Shown piece after piece: positions 1 to 14,688 of a stretch of 64,000 nucleotides of DNA. The notes beneath the pieces are model-generated. The model saw nothing but the letters and a program-made list of their open reading frames with translations, was not told the origin of the DNA and did not search any database. The translations under genes and the position numbers were made by a program. Source of the DNA: Trichoplax adhaerens (taxonomy: Eukaryota > Animalia > Placozoa); the NCBI RefSeq assembly GCF_000150275.1, contig NW_002060945.1, positions 1,616,199-1,680,198 on the forward strand. Direction: 5' to 3'. How positions within the stretch are numbered: position 1 is the first letter of the stretch; every line of letters starts with the position of its first letter.

Positions 1-1628
1 TAGGCAACAATACAAGCGTATCACATTCACAAAATCAATAAAAGAACTTGTAGTAAATGCGTTTGTTTCCTTAAACTGGAAATACGATGTTAATTTTACA
101 ATGCTGCCCATGATACGTGCCACATTTGCAAGCATTCATTTTTATCTTTTCATAAATAGCGAAGAAATTTATTAAGCCAGAAGGTGCTTCTTGAATTAAG
201 CACTGAAGTCGTATTAGGCAGCCCAATTTAAAATTAATAGTTTATTCTCTTAACTTAATCTTGTAGTACTAATTTTACAATACTGCTAGCAGCAGCTCAT
301 TCTGACATAAAGTTACAATATATGCGACGTTTATAAATCAATTATATTACTTGTAGTCTATACAATAGAAAAGCTAATAAATGATGAAGTTGATCATAAA
401 AAAAATATTACACTTAACTATTGGAACATAGTACTGAATTGCATTATACGGTATAACGATACTGTTGAACAATGTCGCTTCAGGAAGCGCCAGAAAGAAT
501 CAAAATTTTAACATTAAAATCCAACTTTGGATGTTACGTTATAATATGCAAATTAAAATGGTCATTCGATCAATATATCGTAAAGTGATAAGAAAGATGT
601 ACATTGTACAGCTGTCATCATCGCATTTTACAACATCAATGTCGTACATGACTAAACATTAAATTCAAACATAATTTGGGTATAGCTTTATATGATACAG
701 TTAGACAATCTCAATTGTCCTTCCATCATCGCTAATATGTTTATAAAAAAGTGCAAATGATATTATCATACGTTGTTCCATTAATATTATCGCTATTTCT
801 TTCAACATTTTCAAAGGACATAATGTCAAGTCTATTATTAAGATTACCGTAAATTAGACGATTTCGATCATGAAATAATAACACCAAATCGGATCAACAG
901 ATTAAATATATAGGCGTCTATCTACGTCAAGAATAAAATAGATGAAATGAATAGGATAGAGAAGCATATCTTGCTTTGGATTCTTAAAATAAAATCCAAT
1001 AGATTATATTAGTCCAATTTCATACTAATAGCTCGAGTAATATTGTATCAAGGCATCGTTCAATCGTTATAAATAGAAATAAAAAAGTCATTCTGTAAGA
1101 AAAATAGTACATGTGATTATAAAAATAATACAGTCTTTACCTCAAACTTAATTATATTCAATCTTTTTAACAAAATAATATAAATTAAATAATTGCTAAA
1201 ATACAGCCACGAATTGTCGTCTTTGGCGAAGGTAATACAATGCTTAAAAAGAATTTTCTTTACGTATTCACTCACTACATTCTACACTTAGTAAACTCTT
1301 ATTACAGCAATCATCATTTTAAATAATATAAGTAGTATGAATATCGTTCTAAGAAGATGAGTTCAACCATTAACCAAAGATCTTGCGAACTTATCCATTA
1401 CATTATGAACAGTGCAGAATAGTTCTTGTGCGCCAGCCTTTTTTCTATACCACTGCTAAATAATGGATGTAATTGTAAATGTTATAAAAGTAATTCTATA
1501 GTTGAGAAATTAATTTGCAGCCATATTAATTCGTTATACAGTACATAAAAAACCCAGACAACTACCAACCTACTACTTAGAAATTGAAGGGTTAAACTTT
1601 ACTTACCTGTAGACAGAGTCGTGCTTTG

Positions 1629-4600
1629 TTAATCTTCTTCCTTAATAGCATCGACGTTTCCGTAACGAAAGCTTCTAGCTTGTACTCGATTCATCGATTC
1701 CCAAACATCAGCACCAAATAAGTGTGAAAAATCGCGTCGTAGAAACCCCATTATAACTCTATCAATTCTATACAAGATAAAATAGAATAAATTATGATTT
1801 AATAATAAATGCCTGTAAAATTTTTTATATTTATCATACTCGATTAATATAATAGTAAGCCTAAGCATTAACATATTATTACAGTTTGGAACAATAAAAC
1901 CATGATTGAATAGCTGTCTAAACTAAATACCAATAATTAGCGCTAATTAATTGATAGATGGTACATTGGTCATACTTAGTAGGAAATTCCATCATCACGT
2001 TATGGCCTGCTTCTTCCACAATTTCAATATCAGATCCATAAATAACCTATAGCAGAAATGATGGTAGCATGAACATAAGTATGGCGTAATAATACTCTGA
2101 GATTATATGCAGTATTAGAACTTTGCATCTAAAGGTTAAGAAAACCAAAATTTAAAATGTGTTATCTTAGCGGTTATAATTTCTATTTTACCTCCTGCAA
2201 TTTTAGATCCTCTTCAGTATCGACTAATTTATCCTGTTCACCATGGATAATTAAAACTGGCAGATGTAATTCGTGATAATAACTTTCATCTCCTTCCTCC
2301 CAAATCTAATGTAAATGATTATTTATCAATCACAATTTCGTAATTTTTAAATTATTCTCGTAATATGAAAGGGTATAAAAAATAAATATCGTGACACGAT
2401 GATCTCATTTCCTTTAATAAGAATATTTCCTTATTTATATAGCAATTAACATCTGTGATCGCTACTTTGTGAATCTCACCTGTCCAAGCATCGTATGTTT
2501 AAGGGCGTAAGGGCGGACTAAAAATCCTCTCTTTTTAACTTTGACAGTATTATGCTTTGCATATGCATTCCTAATAATCATCATGAATAAAAAATGGACA
2601 TATTTTGTTAATCTGGTCTAATATCATCACTTAAATTCCATAATGCTTTCTTATATGATGGCAGAAAATCAATCACGATAGAACATAAATCAGATAAAAC
2701 TGTATTTTAAACTTAAACTATTAACCAAAATAAGAAAGCATTAATGAATAAAGATAATTTAGCAGTAAATTATAAACAATAAGACAGTGTATTAAACTCA
2801 TAGATATGGGTTTAATATACTATTTTACTGTTAATACATCATAGTGATTAATAGACTTATATCATAGAACAGCATACATCTGCAAAAATATCACCCAAAA
2901 TTTGTCATTATCTAGTATAATGCGAAAAAGTTGATTGAAATTACTTGAGAACTTTTAGTCATTAATTTTTCCAGTCATGCTCGAAGTAATTATAAATGAT
3001 TACTATATTACACTGTTCCATACTTGAAGCAGGCTAGAAATTTTAAGCACAACAAGAAATTCATACTTGCAACATAGATCAATATATGAACACTAGGATT
3101 GGCCATGAATATATTATAGACTAAATTTATTATAGTATACACAGATCTATCATTATTGCTGTTCCAAAATTATGATACTGAGATAAATACCTTGACATAA
3201 GAAATATTATTAAAAGTTGTATATAATATTAATGCGTACCGGTTTAAACTCGATTGTAATTGAATGAAATTGATGTTTAAAAGGCGAATAATTAACGAGT
3301 GATAGACGTATATAATCAAGTACTAATAGTTCAATTTCACGAAATGAATATCTATATAATTAGAACCTGTATTATAGCCAATGGAAATGCTACTTTATCA
3401 CTAGATGATACCATCTTTCTAACTAAAGGAACGTTTTCGCTAGTAGGCTCTAGTCAATGCTGTTACAATAATACAGTATAGCAAACACAGTAATCATAAC
3501 CACAGCCGCTCCAGCACAGCAGGGATTTAGTACGGATACAAATTTGAGAGAAATAAAAGAATCAAGTAGATATTACAGAAAGTAAACGATGGTGGCACCT
3601 TTCCGATAATTGATGTTTAGTCGAGGAGAAGATTAAAGAAAAGGAATGAACGAGCTTATAAAAATTGACAATATCGTACCACAGCAACTAATTATAGACA
3701 TGAGCCTAAGATTGTGTTCTCGATTGCTTTGAAGAAGCTAGTGATGTGAAATAAAATTATACGCTAATGTCTAGTCAAAGGTATAGTGACAGGCTAACTG
3801 ATTAATATATAATAAGCATTTCAAGAAAGCTAAGAATGGAATGATTATTACGGTATCTAAAAAATGTAACTTTTCATAGAAAAACCCCATTTTAGTTCTT
3901 TTAATTTTATCCATGAAATACTGTATATAACCAGAAATTTTATTGACAGTAAAATATAGCTTTACAAATAAAATTCCGTATTAATTTTTAACTTACCTAA
4001 TAAAATGCTTTGAAACTAGGGGAAACACACACTTTAATAAAAGCATAGGCGATGAAAAGATACAACCTGGATGAGGTTGCAATGGCGAGGGTAGACCACA
4101 GCTTATGAGAACTATTTTTAAAACGCGATTTTGCCTTTCTCTTGCCGTCAACGCGCAAAAGGAAGATCTATTTTAAATTATAAAATAATACAAGACATTT
4201 ATGTTAAATTGAATATGAAATTCAAAATAGTAAATATCCTAGAATAGTAATATCTTATTCTACAGTATGAGAATAAGAAAAAAATAATACGCTAAGTCTG
4301 CGTATTGATAATGTTACTTTAGTAAATTAATTTTACAGTATAGAAAAATCGCGAAAGATAATTATAAAATAGAATAGATTATTTCCTATAGAACACAACA
4401 GACAGTGACAACGACATCATTGATTGTTACTATAATAGAATTGATATTCTGTCGCGGTGAATTAGATCTTATTGTTTGTATGCTTCACGAGCTTCAAGAT
4501 ATAAACAGATTGCTATTAAATGAAATTATCGGGATTTTCGGATTTGATTTTAAATGAATATAAGTCGAAAATGGATAATTAAACCAGGTGGTAAAAAATA

Positions 4601-5633
4601 AATACATCAGTACACGTTTTATAAGAAGCTAATTTAGAAAATATTGATTTCAGTAAAGCTATCTACTTTGAATTTTTAGATATCGTATTGATTGAATCTG
4701 TCTATTACGCAGATATAAATTAGCAGTTGATTATATCATTGATAGTCGTAAATTGAGGATGACTAAGTTTTAAAATAGTCGTGGTAGGAATATTCACTTC
4801 TATAAAGTATTTTAAAGGAATTATGCAGCTTATCAGATATATTGAAAGTTATTGGTGAACCAATAACTGCTGTTATCTTATATTGTTGCGTAAAATTTCT
4901 TCGACGCAGGCATTATATTTGATGAATAGTGCTATTATCGAAACCAATTCCTCATTACAGTACTTAAAATGAATGATAATCTTAAGGCAGTAGCAAAAAA
5001 GTAAGTCCGTCTTTAATGATAGGCTTATTTTTGACAGTATTGATGATAAATGAAGCATAAAAAATAAAATTTGGTGATGAGTTAATAATGTATGCCTACA
5101 AGTATGACCTTTGGCAATAGTCAACGCCTCCATTCGTTACGTAATAACGATATTAACCGGTTATTAAACAACTGATTTACTTACCCATACGAATGTCCAA
5201 CCAAAAAATTGTTTTTACGATGGCAGTAGCGATCGAATATAGATAATACATCTTTACTCATTTCTTCAAAAGTGTATTTATTTTTTCCTCTCGGTGTATC
5301 ACTGTTTCCATGTCCTAACAGATCTGGTGCAATGGCGATGTAACCATGACTGCTAAAATGTTCTAACTGTGATTGCCAGACTAAATGCGAACCTCCAACA
5401 CCATGAATAAAAAATACTACAGGAGGATCAGCATTTTCCGATGTACTAGTATCATCGATCGTATTCAGATGATTTTCATCTGCCGGATTCGTTGCAGTTT
5501 GGCTATTTCTTCTTTTAATTGGTTTATAGATAGCAATATTTAGATATCGACCTAGTCGTACTTGAATTCTTCTAATATCAAAGGTGTAGCGTCGTGGTAA
5601 TACAACATGTTTAACTTTATTTTTCTTCGGCAT
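1629..5633 (-). CDS. ABHD8: Alpha/beta hydrolase domain protein 8-like, 6 coding exons, ~344 aa
   Basis: Exons 5633-5185, 4167-3997, 2570-2480, 2305-2192, 2046-1976 and 1767-1629 join through GT-AG introns into one frame (1035 nt). Motifs: FFIHGVGGS, APDLLGHG, nucleophile elbow GHSYGSSFC, acid motif IIHGEQDKLV and catalytic His AGHNVMME. These match remembered ABHD8 motifs. Confidence 0.88.
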
Positions 5634-6536
5634 GTTTTATTATTAAAATAGATCAATTTTTCTGATAAAAAGTAAATGATTTATTGTAAATTAGGATTTA
5701 TAAGCTATAGCATGAAGTGTATGACATGGATAGCGTAGTAGAAGTTTGTCATCAGTGGAGTAGCTAATTAATTACCGGACTAACAACTAGAATCATACAG
5801 TACAACGACGTCTACATATTTTATTTCACGTAGTAATTGGCTGCCGTTGTATCCATTCTAATCGACGAAGACGATCTCTCTTGAACAACTTGTAAGATCT
5901 TGTTTGGCCTATGATTAAAGGATATGATAACAAAATAATCTCATCATTGTCTACCGGAAAATCTGGACAATATTGTTATATTTTTCTTCTTTTACAACGT
6001 TGAAGGTGATCAAGCCAAGTCCAGATCGAAACGATGTTCTATATGGTATTCAATAGCAACGCCAACAAATAGCGGTAAACGTATCAAAACAGGAAAATAT
6101 TGACTAAATATGACCAAGGTTAGCTATGATCAAGCTAGAAATATCCAAACAATTGCCTGTAACGGTAATAAATACTCGTAGATAAGCAATTTGATCCTCC
6201 CCGGATAGTGTACTCCTACAGTATATATATGTATACAAGCAATATGAATTACAAATACAAGTATACAGTATAACCTATTCTATAGTAAGGTCTATACTAT
6301 ACCTCTAGAGTCCACTAGTCATTTTGTTATTCTATTCTGATTACAATTGAAAATAGCAAGATGACCATGAAATAACAGTGGGATATCGATACTGTCACGT
6401 TTTCCTCTTTCAGATATGACCTCTATCATTCAATATCGATTTTAAATTGGTATTGAAGACAGCTGATTTCGATCCCTAAGCAGCCTTTTTTCAAGCGAAA
6501 AGGTACATGGTGACTATTATGAATATGTATTGAATC

Positions 6537-6550
6537 GTTTCCATGGCAAT
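6537..6550. promoter_or_regulatory. RFX X-box-like palindrome in the ABHD8/ADPGK divergent spacer
   Basis: GTTTCCATGGCAAT is one mismatch from the GTTNCCATGGCAAC consensus. Function is inferred. Confidence 0.3.
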
Positions 6551-7199
6551 GGATGAAGACAAAGCGCATGTCACCATGCTAAAAACTAGAGAGCTTGGAC
6601 TTGGAACAGTCTACTGTTGCTAGTATGAGGAAGTGGGATATTGTTCTGTATGGCATAGCATTGTACAGTAAATGTACACCCAATGTACAGTAGTCTAGCG
6701 TAGTAGGTGTTTTAGTAATGCCTGACTGTATATTAAGATGGAGTAAAGAAAGGCTTTCCAACCACCTTCTTTTAGGAACAAACCATGCAATAAGTATGGA
6801 CGTATGGACAGTTTGGACACGTGGACCAGGCGTAATTGCAATTGCCAATTCATATTATTAACTTATACTATAACTGTAAATGCAAAGTTCCTTCGACTGT
6901 GCAATGCTGCCAAGAGACTATATGCAACTAGGCATCTTTACTAGCTCTACTGACAGCTAGGCAACGGAAGCAATGATCAATCAGTACTAAACTTCAATTA
7001 AATTCTAGTGGGTTTGTTATTGTCTAATCTTGATAAAATCATGCTAATTAATAAAGTAGCCTAATGAATGGATCAGTGTAGATCCAAAAGAGCTACAGGC
7101 TAGCTAGTGACATTCAATTTCCATAGCTGCTATCACAGCTGTTGCTCGAGCCGGCAGGTGCAGAATTGTGCAGCCATCAATCGTGTGACCCTATGAGGA

Positions 7200-7353
7200 C
7201 AGTGTTGGCTGGCAGTAGATTATAACCCCGCTCAAATAAGTCAAGAATACAGTACAAAAGTACAACCTAAGTCAAAGAACAGGCTGTAACAAAGGGTTAT
7301 AACTCAAATCGAAAACCAGGAATCACGAATAACCCGTGTTTTTTCCAACACTG
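7200..7353. mobile_element. Possible MITE / non-autonomous DNA transposon remnant (~154 bp)
   Basis: Terminal inverted repeats CAGTGTTGG (7200-7208) and CCAACACTG (7345-7353), with internal ATAACCC/GGGTTAT motifs. The 8-bp flanks match at only 5 of 8 positions (TATGAGGA vs TATATGGC). Confidence 0.3.
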
Positions 7354-7783
7354 TATATGGCTGGAATCCATATTGCAGATGATAGTCGAATCCGCTCGCA
7401 AATTATCACCGCTCGAACAGGCCGATGGTGCCAGTATAAATGAAGTCTTCACTTTCCTTTACGGTGGTGTGTATAAGCGAAGTAAATAGAATCTGCAGTA
7501 CCTTGCCCACTGCACCGTAGAGTCTACAGTACAGGATACTGTACTAGGTTACAGTACTGTACTGTACACTGTACTGGACTGTATCGATCGATTTCGGTAC
7601 GGTACCTTAATAAAAGAAGGCGGGCGAAGGCATAAGACAAGACTTAGGACACCTCCAGCTCATGACTCTGAATCATTCCATCTTGATCAGCTCTATATTT
7701 GCCAATAAATCTACTATCAAGTTTTCTATTCCTATTAAGCCTAGCTCAAACTACTCAATAACAACCAAGACAATTAATTGATC

Positions 7784-10073
7784 ATGGAGTTTCGAATGAT
7801 TCTTTTGGCTATCGTCACTTTTTTATTAGCTTATAATTATGATCTTGATCCAAATTCGAAAAGGGAAGCCGATACCATCCAAGGTTGGCAGCAACAGCTG
7901 GATTTAGACAGTGCCAATTCTCAAATTCGAATCGCTGTTGGGTAAATGATCTCTAGTTTAATGAATGATACAATAGATGATGGTGTTATTAGCTTACTAT
8001 ATGCAATAGAGCTGTAGAATCTACATGAAATATGATGGTGTTCATCTTTATTGCAAAGATGAACGATAGATTAAGGTACTCAATTCATTTACTCGTACGT
8101 TTGTAAAATGTACCAGCATGTCAGAAAGTTCCTGGAGATGCTATCATCCAAATTGTAAATGGCAATGTTATGTCACCATTAGAATGGATGCCCCAGATAA
8201 TTCGATTAGGCTTGAATTTGATGTTTGAAACTGTAATTTAACCTTCATAAATGCAACAAGTGTACTTAGAATGGACGTGATAAATCACTCTAAAATTGTA
8301 AGACTTATCAGCGAAGTAAAGTAGTCAAATGGAATCAGATATTCAAAATACTATCATACAAGACACAATTTACCAAATGAGAAGTGACTGAGTTGACTTT
8401 TGTATCGGTCTAATAGATCACTTTAATAGATCTACTTCAAAGTTAAGAAAAATATGACCATATCAACATACTGTAGTATATTTGTTGTGATCTCTTACTG
8501 TTTGCACATCTGGATTGTTTTACAATAAACGTAATTAATTTTCATTCTAGATTGAATGCTAATGTTGACTTGATCTTACCCGGCGTTGATCTATTAAACG
8601 AGTTGGGAGCTAAACCTAATGGCACTAGTGATCATTTGTTATTGAGAAATGTCAACGATGTTCAAGACTGTTTTGCACGCTCCATGAAATCTTGCTCTGC
8701 AGCGGAAAGGACTATGGAATCTAGGACACTATATCAGGAAATTGTTGCCAGCGCCGAGAAAATTAAACTTGCTAGGGTATTTTATTGAGCCTCTCATTCA
8801 TTTCAAGCATATGTTATTATAAGTGTTTATAATGTGAACTTGACTAAGGACAAATCTAATGGAATTTAGCATCGTATTGGAGGGAATGCTGCACTCTTGG
8901 GAGAAACTATAGCTAACCTTTTACCTAATGCATCAGTAAGTTCATTATTGAACCAATAGTCAGACTTAATAAATGGCCATAGATCTTAGCATAATATGAT
9001 CTTGATAGAAAATTATAGCTATAACTGCACGTATTGCCATTGCTTTACTGCCATCCAGTATATTAATTTTACCGCATGCGGTATCTTGGTGTTATCGATT
9101 TTACTAGATATTACTTGTTGGACCTGTAGGCCCTAGGCTAAAATCCTTATTAAATCCCAGAATTAAGGTTCCTGTTGTTGCAGAGCAAGATGAAGTTCAC
9201 TTAATTTTAGAATATGAAAGAGACGAGAAATGGGGTGATATCAAAGCTTCATGTGCTAATCGATTTATTATGTCCAACGATATTGCTAATTCCGACTTGC
9301 AAGCGATTGAAACTTTTGCTAAAAATCTAAAAGAATTTCAACCTAATGTGGTTGTTATCTCCGGCCTACACCTTATGGAGAATAAACCGAAAGAATTTAG
9401 GATGCGCAAGTTAAAAGCTATGATTGAGATTCTAGGCACTTTGCCAAGTCAAATCCCAATCCACCTTGAACTTGCAAGTATGGCGGATATCGATTTTGTT
9501 CGTGATGTTGTTAACACTCTCTTACCTCATATTAATTCACTTGGCTTAAATGAACAAGAGTTACACGCTGTTTCGCGTGCGTTAAATGGGCCTCATACCA
9601 AAGAGGATTGGACAGGAACTCCAGAGATTGCCCTTGTTGGTGACATCTTATACTGGCTACTACACAAATTCAGCCAGCTTGAGGATTCAAAATTATCCCG
9701 TATTCACTTTCATTCTCTAACTTATCACATAGTAAGCCAGCTAGCAGGAAGTTGGAATAATTCTTTAACTGCTACAGGAGCTGCAGCTCGATTAGCTGGT
9801 TTAAGAGCCTGTAATAGACCTGAAATTGTACCTCAAGAGGTTGAGTTACAACTTCCTTCAGCCTTTATTGTTTCTCTGACTAATTCTACGTTACGCCGAT
9901 CTGCTATCATTTATGATCCTCGTAAACCTGTTAGCAAATGGAGCAGGGGTAGTATAGATATGTTCTTAAGCCCTGTATTGGTTTGTAAAAAGCCGAGAGA
10001 AACGGTTGGATTAGGTGATGCCATTTCTGGCACGGGCTTATTGTATTCGAAATTTATCAATTCGAAGATATAA
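7784..10073 (+). CDS. ADPGK: ADP-dependent glucokinase, 4 coding exons, ~471 aa
   Basis: Exons 7784-7941, 8551-8776, 8870-8935 and 9108-10073 (1416 nt). Hydrophobic N-terminal signal/anchor MEFRMILLAIVTFLLAY; motifs AVGLNANVD, IGGNAAL, DEVHLILEY, ANRFI, VVISGLHLME, HLELASM, SLGLNEQEL, RIHFHSLTYH and catalytic TVGLGDAIS. Confidence 0.95.
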
Positions 10074-13000
10074 TCAATAATGATGTATCTTGTTACCTTT
10101 TATTAAATATATTGAATTTGCTGTCTTTAGTTTAAACTATTTCCATTTTAGATATTACCTATCCAGGTTATAAAGTATTTATTTTCTTTTACTGTAAATA
10201 ATTATGAATGTAGTAAATGAGTAAAAACGATAGCATTATGAAATTTGTGAACACACTAAATTACGTAGAACTTCATAAAACTTTAACTGGCTTTGTCCCC
10301 GTTAAATTGTATTAGCTTATCCATGGTCGACAAACAATGCGTACTTTTTTCAATTCGAGAATATATTTTCCTTTAAATGGTAAAGCAACCAGGAAGTTAT
10401 TATCCTGAAATGAATTTCGTAAAGTACTCGTACTGAATTTAAAAAGCTATGGCCATTTAGCCAACATCTGAATTATATAAGATTAAGCTGATTTGTATCT
10501 AATAATATAGAAAAAATAAAGTGTATCATGTATGATTTCAAATAAAACAATGTAGTTGCTAAGTAAATATAAGGAAGACAATTGTCTATGAGTATTTCAT
10601 AATCAAGGAGGCGAATACAAATCTTTGATATTGTATCGCATTATGTAGTACTGTAGTACTATAGTTTTTAATTTATAATACTGTATTTCCATAACATGAC
10701 TTATCACTAAACGATGAGTAGTAATCCAATAAACAGATTTAACTGGCTTACTCGCTGAAGATGATAATTTCTATGCGATTCGAAAATATCGATATAGGGT
10801 AGACGCAAGATAAGTGTCGCTTGATAATAGCTACGAAAGAAAAGTTGGCTTACAGAATTTGACAGTGTCTATAGCCATAAATTACTTGCTTAAATACATT
10901 AATGAAAACAGCTAGTTGTATTGTTTTGATATATCAGTTGTAGTACATACCGGTACTTAGTTAACAGATAAACTTATTTCTTTTCAATGCGTCAATATCG
11001 CGTAGACTAATAACTTAATACCTCATTTGTTCTCGTATATTTATTACTAATCGTTAAAGTAAATGATGGCTTCAAATTGTTTAATTTCATTTTATATCTG
11101 AAAGTGGTACATTTAGTAAACTTGGCGAATAATAGCTGTAGATAATGCAAAATTTTATTATTAGGAAGAGTCTATGATATGGCACCACTATACTCTACAG
11201 CGATTTATTGCAACTTATTTTATGAAGTAAAATACAATATTCAGTCAAACGTTCGCCCCAAATTCTTCCATATTCTAGGGTTCAATCGCATTATTAAAAT
11301 TAAAGATTTTTGATCGCTGTCTGGTATCCCATTTAGAGTGTTTCATATATTATTAACTCGATTTGATAACTGAAAATACATTGTTTACTTAACTAATTAC
11401 AGTAAATGCAGAACTAACTTTCTGTTAATCAAAAGCAAAGTACCGAGTATCTCGAATATACTGTAGTAAATTCGATTTATTTACCGCCTGAATAATAAGC
11501 AATATAGCGCAGGATTTAGGAATTAACGGATGTCATCCTCTTGATATTTTTTTTAAAATACGGTCATGAAAGGGCATGATTAATTTTTTCTCATAAAATG
11601 AAAGCTAGAAGCAAATTAAATGGCTTGACTATTAATAGTTTAGTAAAGCTAGATAGATAAAATCAGTATGCTGGAAAATCAACAGGTGGTTTTATTAATT
11701 ATATCGTTTCCAATATCTACTCTCTGATAATTATTAGTAGTGAAAAGACCAACTCATTCAAAAGTTTCCTATTGACAGGGAGTGCTGGCTTTATCAGCAA
11801 AGTGTACATATATATCTTAAGTTTATATAATAGTAACTTAAATCATGAATAACAGGCAGAAATCAACGAAATAAAAATTAAGTTACGATCAAAATCAAAA
11901 TTATACGCATGGCCATCATCCTATAGCAGTGTTTATATGTTATACTAGATTTGAGTTATAATCAGATAGAAAACCTTAAAAATTCTGTTATAGATGGAAG
12001 TATTAACAAACAAAAGGAAGTAATTGACGAATTCGATGAAAAGAGGACGGAAACATTACTTTAATCGCGTCAACGAAGAAGTATTACCTTCTTCTTGGAC
12101 TATTGATCTCATAATTTAATTATAGATGATGACTTAAGTAGGTCCGTTATTAAAATTACAATTGGTGTCATTTATATTCTTACATTAACGAAATGACTAC
12201 TGCCAATCAGAATGATAGCAAATTGAATGGAAAATCATAAAGGGATTTCAATCGACGTATGATGACGACAGCAAACACGGAAGTTTAGAAAAATTTATTT
12301 GTTTAAACCAGTATAAGATTCATTTGTTAATTTCTTGTTACGATTTTGACTCAATCTTAGGATTATTATCAGGCTATCAATAGGTCTTCAACTACTAGAT
12401 TGATTTTAGTTGATATCGATCCGAGCAAATTGATACTACTATTGAGTCGATGAATACTTTCAAGTAGTAGCATCATCTTTTATTTCATCATTATAGGTGT
12501 TCATGATCGGTAAGGTTGTACTTAATTTGCTTTATAAATTTATGGAACACAATTCACTAATTAAGAAACAATCATACATCATCAGTCCATTACAATAACA
12601 TTTTTTTTATTTTGATGGTAATCATAGAATAGAATTTTAAATCATATAGTAGAATACTATAAAGAGCAATTGATAGAAATATCCAGTCAGTAACTATTGT
12701 AATAGAACTTCTAATGACAGGCTAATCCTTATCATTTCATGAAAGGTTAGCTATCTAAGAGGCTTAATTGTCATTGTTTGACCTTTAATTACCTCTTAAT
12801 ATCACACAGAATAGTATATGAGAGGTCAATCGATGTACGATAGTTGTATCATTATTTCAATACTTTTCTGCACAATAAATTACGCATTTTATTTTCTTCA
12901 GGCCCTAGGCATCGAAAAACATCAAAAAGAGGCCGATCTATTGAACGTTTTTCTTATCATTAACTCTATTAAGCGAATCAATTTACATTTTTAGATAGCT

Positions 13001-14688
13001 ACAACGATGATAATTATTAATGACGACAGCAACGGGCACAACCTATTAATGATAATTATGGATTCATTAAGTGACTGCTAAGATATTTCTTTTTTCATAC
13101 TATTCTCATCAGTTCTATTAGGAGCACCACTTTAGGCTATTCTCCTCATCATTTGTCACCATAATGTAGATTAAGATTTGATTATAACTCTATAATTGCA
13201 GTTCTAGATGGCATAATAACATCTTGGCTAACTATCAGATTAAGAGGATTATTAATTTTGAAAAATAAAAAACAAACCTACCAATGATTAGCATTGAGAA
13301 TAGAATAGAATGAGAACCTGAATAGATTAATCACATCAAGAGGATAACATCACACAATTGGACGCTAATTTTATTAAAATTTGATTTTTGGCAGTTTGCA
13401 GACTCGATTTAATAGAATAAATGAAATGATATTAAATGTAAACAAAAATAGTTTAAAGTTGAAAATCGACAAAATTCAAATCCATTCAACGGAATTAATA
13501 AACCATTTCCATTATAGTACTGATGTAACCTATACATAGCATATCTACGCTGGTTACGTGCATACTAAATTACGAAACGTTAACATTTATACCATGATAT
13601 GCGATATCTGCCCATTCTATCTATTAACATAATGTACCATCTGCCTCATTTAGAGGTTGTTATTTATCCGCCATCAACTTAGTGAATAAATCTACTCCTT
13701 ACAATCAATCTGTAATTGTAACACTAACAGAATTATATATAACTAACACTCGAATTACGTGATAGAACAACACCAAATGCCACATTTTATGTTTTACCAT
13801 ATATGAAAAACTGGCAGCAATAAGTGCAAAAAGGAATAGCAATGGCTGTATTAACTTATCTATGAATATATCGCTATCCCTATTTCATATAGTTTGAGAT
13901 GGATCTGGTAATGGAGTATCGAAGAATTAGAGGGAAAAAGTGAATAATAAAATCATTCTCCATACTGCATTATAATAAAGAAAACGTATAAAGTAAAGTG
14001 TGGGATGGAATCAATAAGAGATAGGTGTGAGTAAAAAGCAAAAGAATCTGTTCCTCCTTGTTTTCTGGCTCATTTTAATTGGATTATTTGACAATGACCA
14101 CTGTCAGTGCATACTTTGCTTAATTTATTATTCTCCAGTTATTTAGTTGAATAAGGTCATCAATGTCCTTGTACATCATTTCTACTGTCTTTCCTCGCCT
14201 ACCGAATAACAATCAATCGATAAATTATTCTCATCAGCAGTAGGTCTATTTGCTCTGCATGATGGCATTCTCTCGCCTGTACAATAATTACAATGACTCT
14301 CTTCGTCTTCTCAAAGGATGGGTATAATCCTACGCAAGCTCTCAATTTAACTTGAATAAAAAAGTTAGCATAGCTAATATTTGAATTAGTCATGTTCCAA
14401 TCCTGTTGTTGATAATAGTATTGTGCAAAATTAAACAATTAAAGTAGTTCCGAATTCTAGCATTGACAGTACCAACACATCTGTAACAGCTAGCTAACGG
14501 CCTCATACCTACTACAACATTGATATTTCTATGCTTCTGTAAGTGGCCAAAATCCATTTTTTAACTTTCGTAACTAATGAAATCTTTCTCAATTTACTAT
14601 AAGCTATAAATATTATTCGTTTTTCATCCATCGATTGATATATTTAGGTTCCAATAAGAGCAAATCTATACAAATTTGAACTTCAACC

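Noticed and set aside
11990-12962. Exon-like pieces with RQRR/KR sites suggesting a peptide precursor
   Set aside because: In-frame stops and no signal peptide; I could not build a coherent model.
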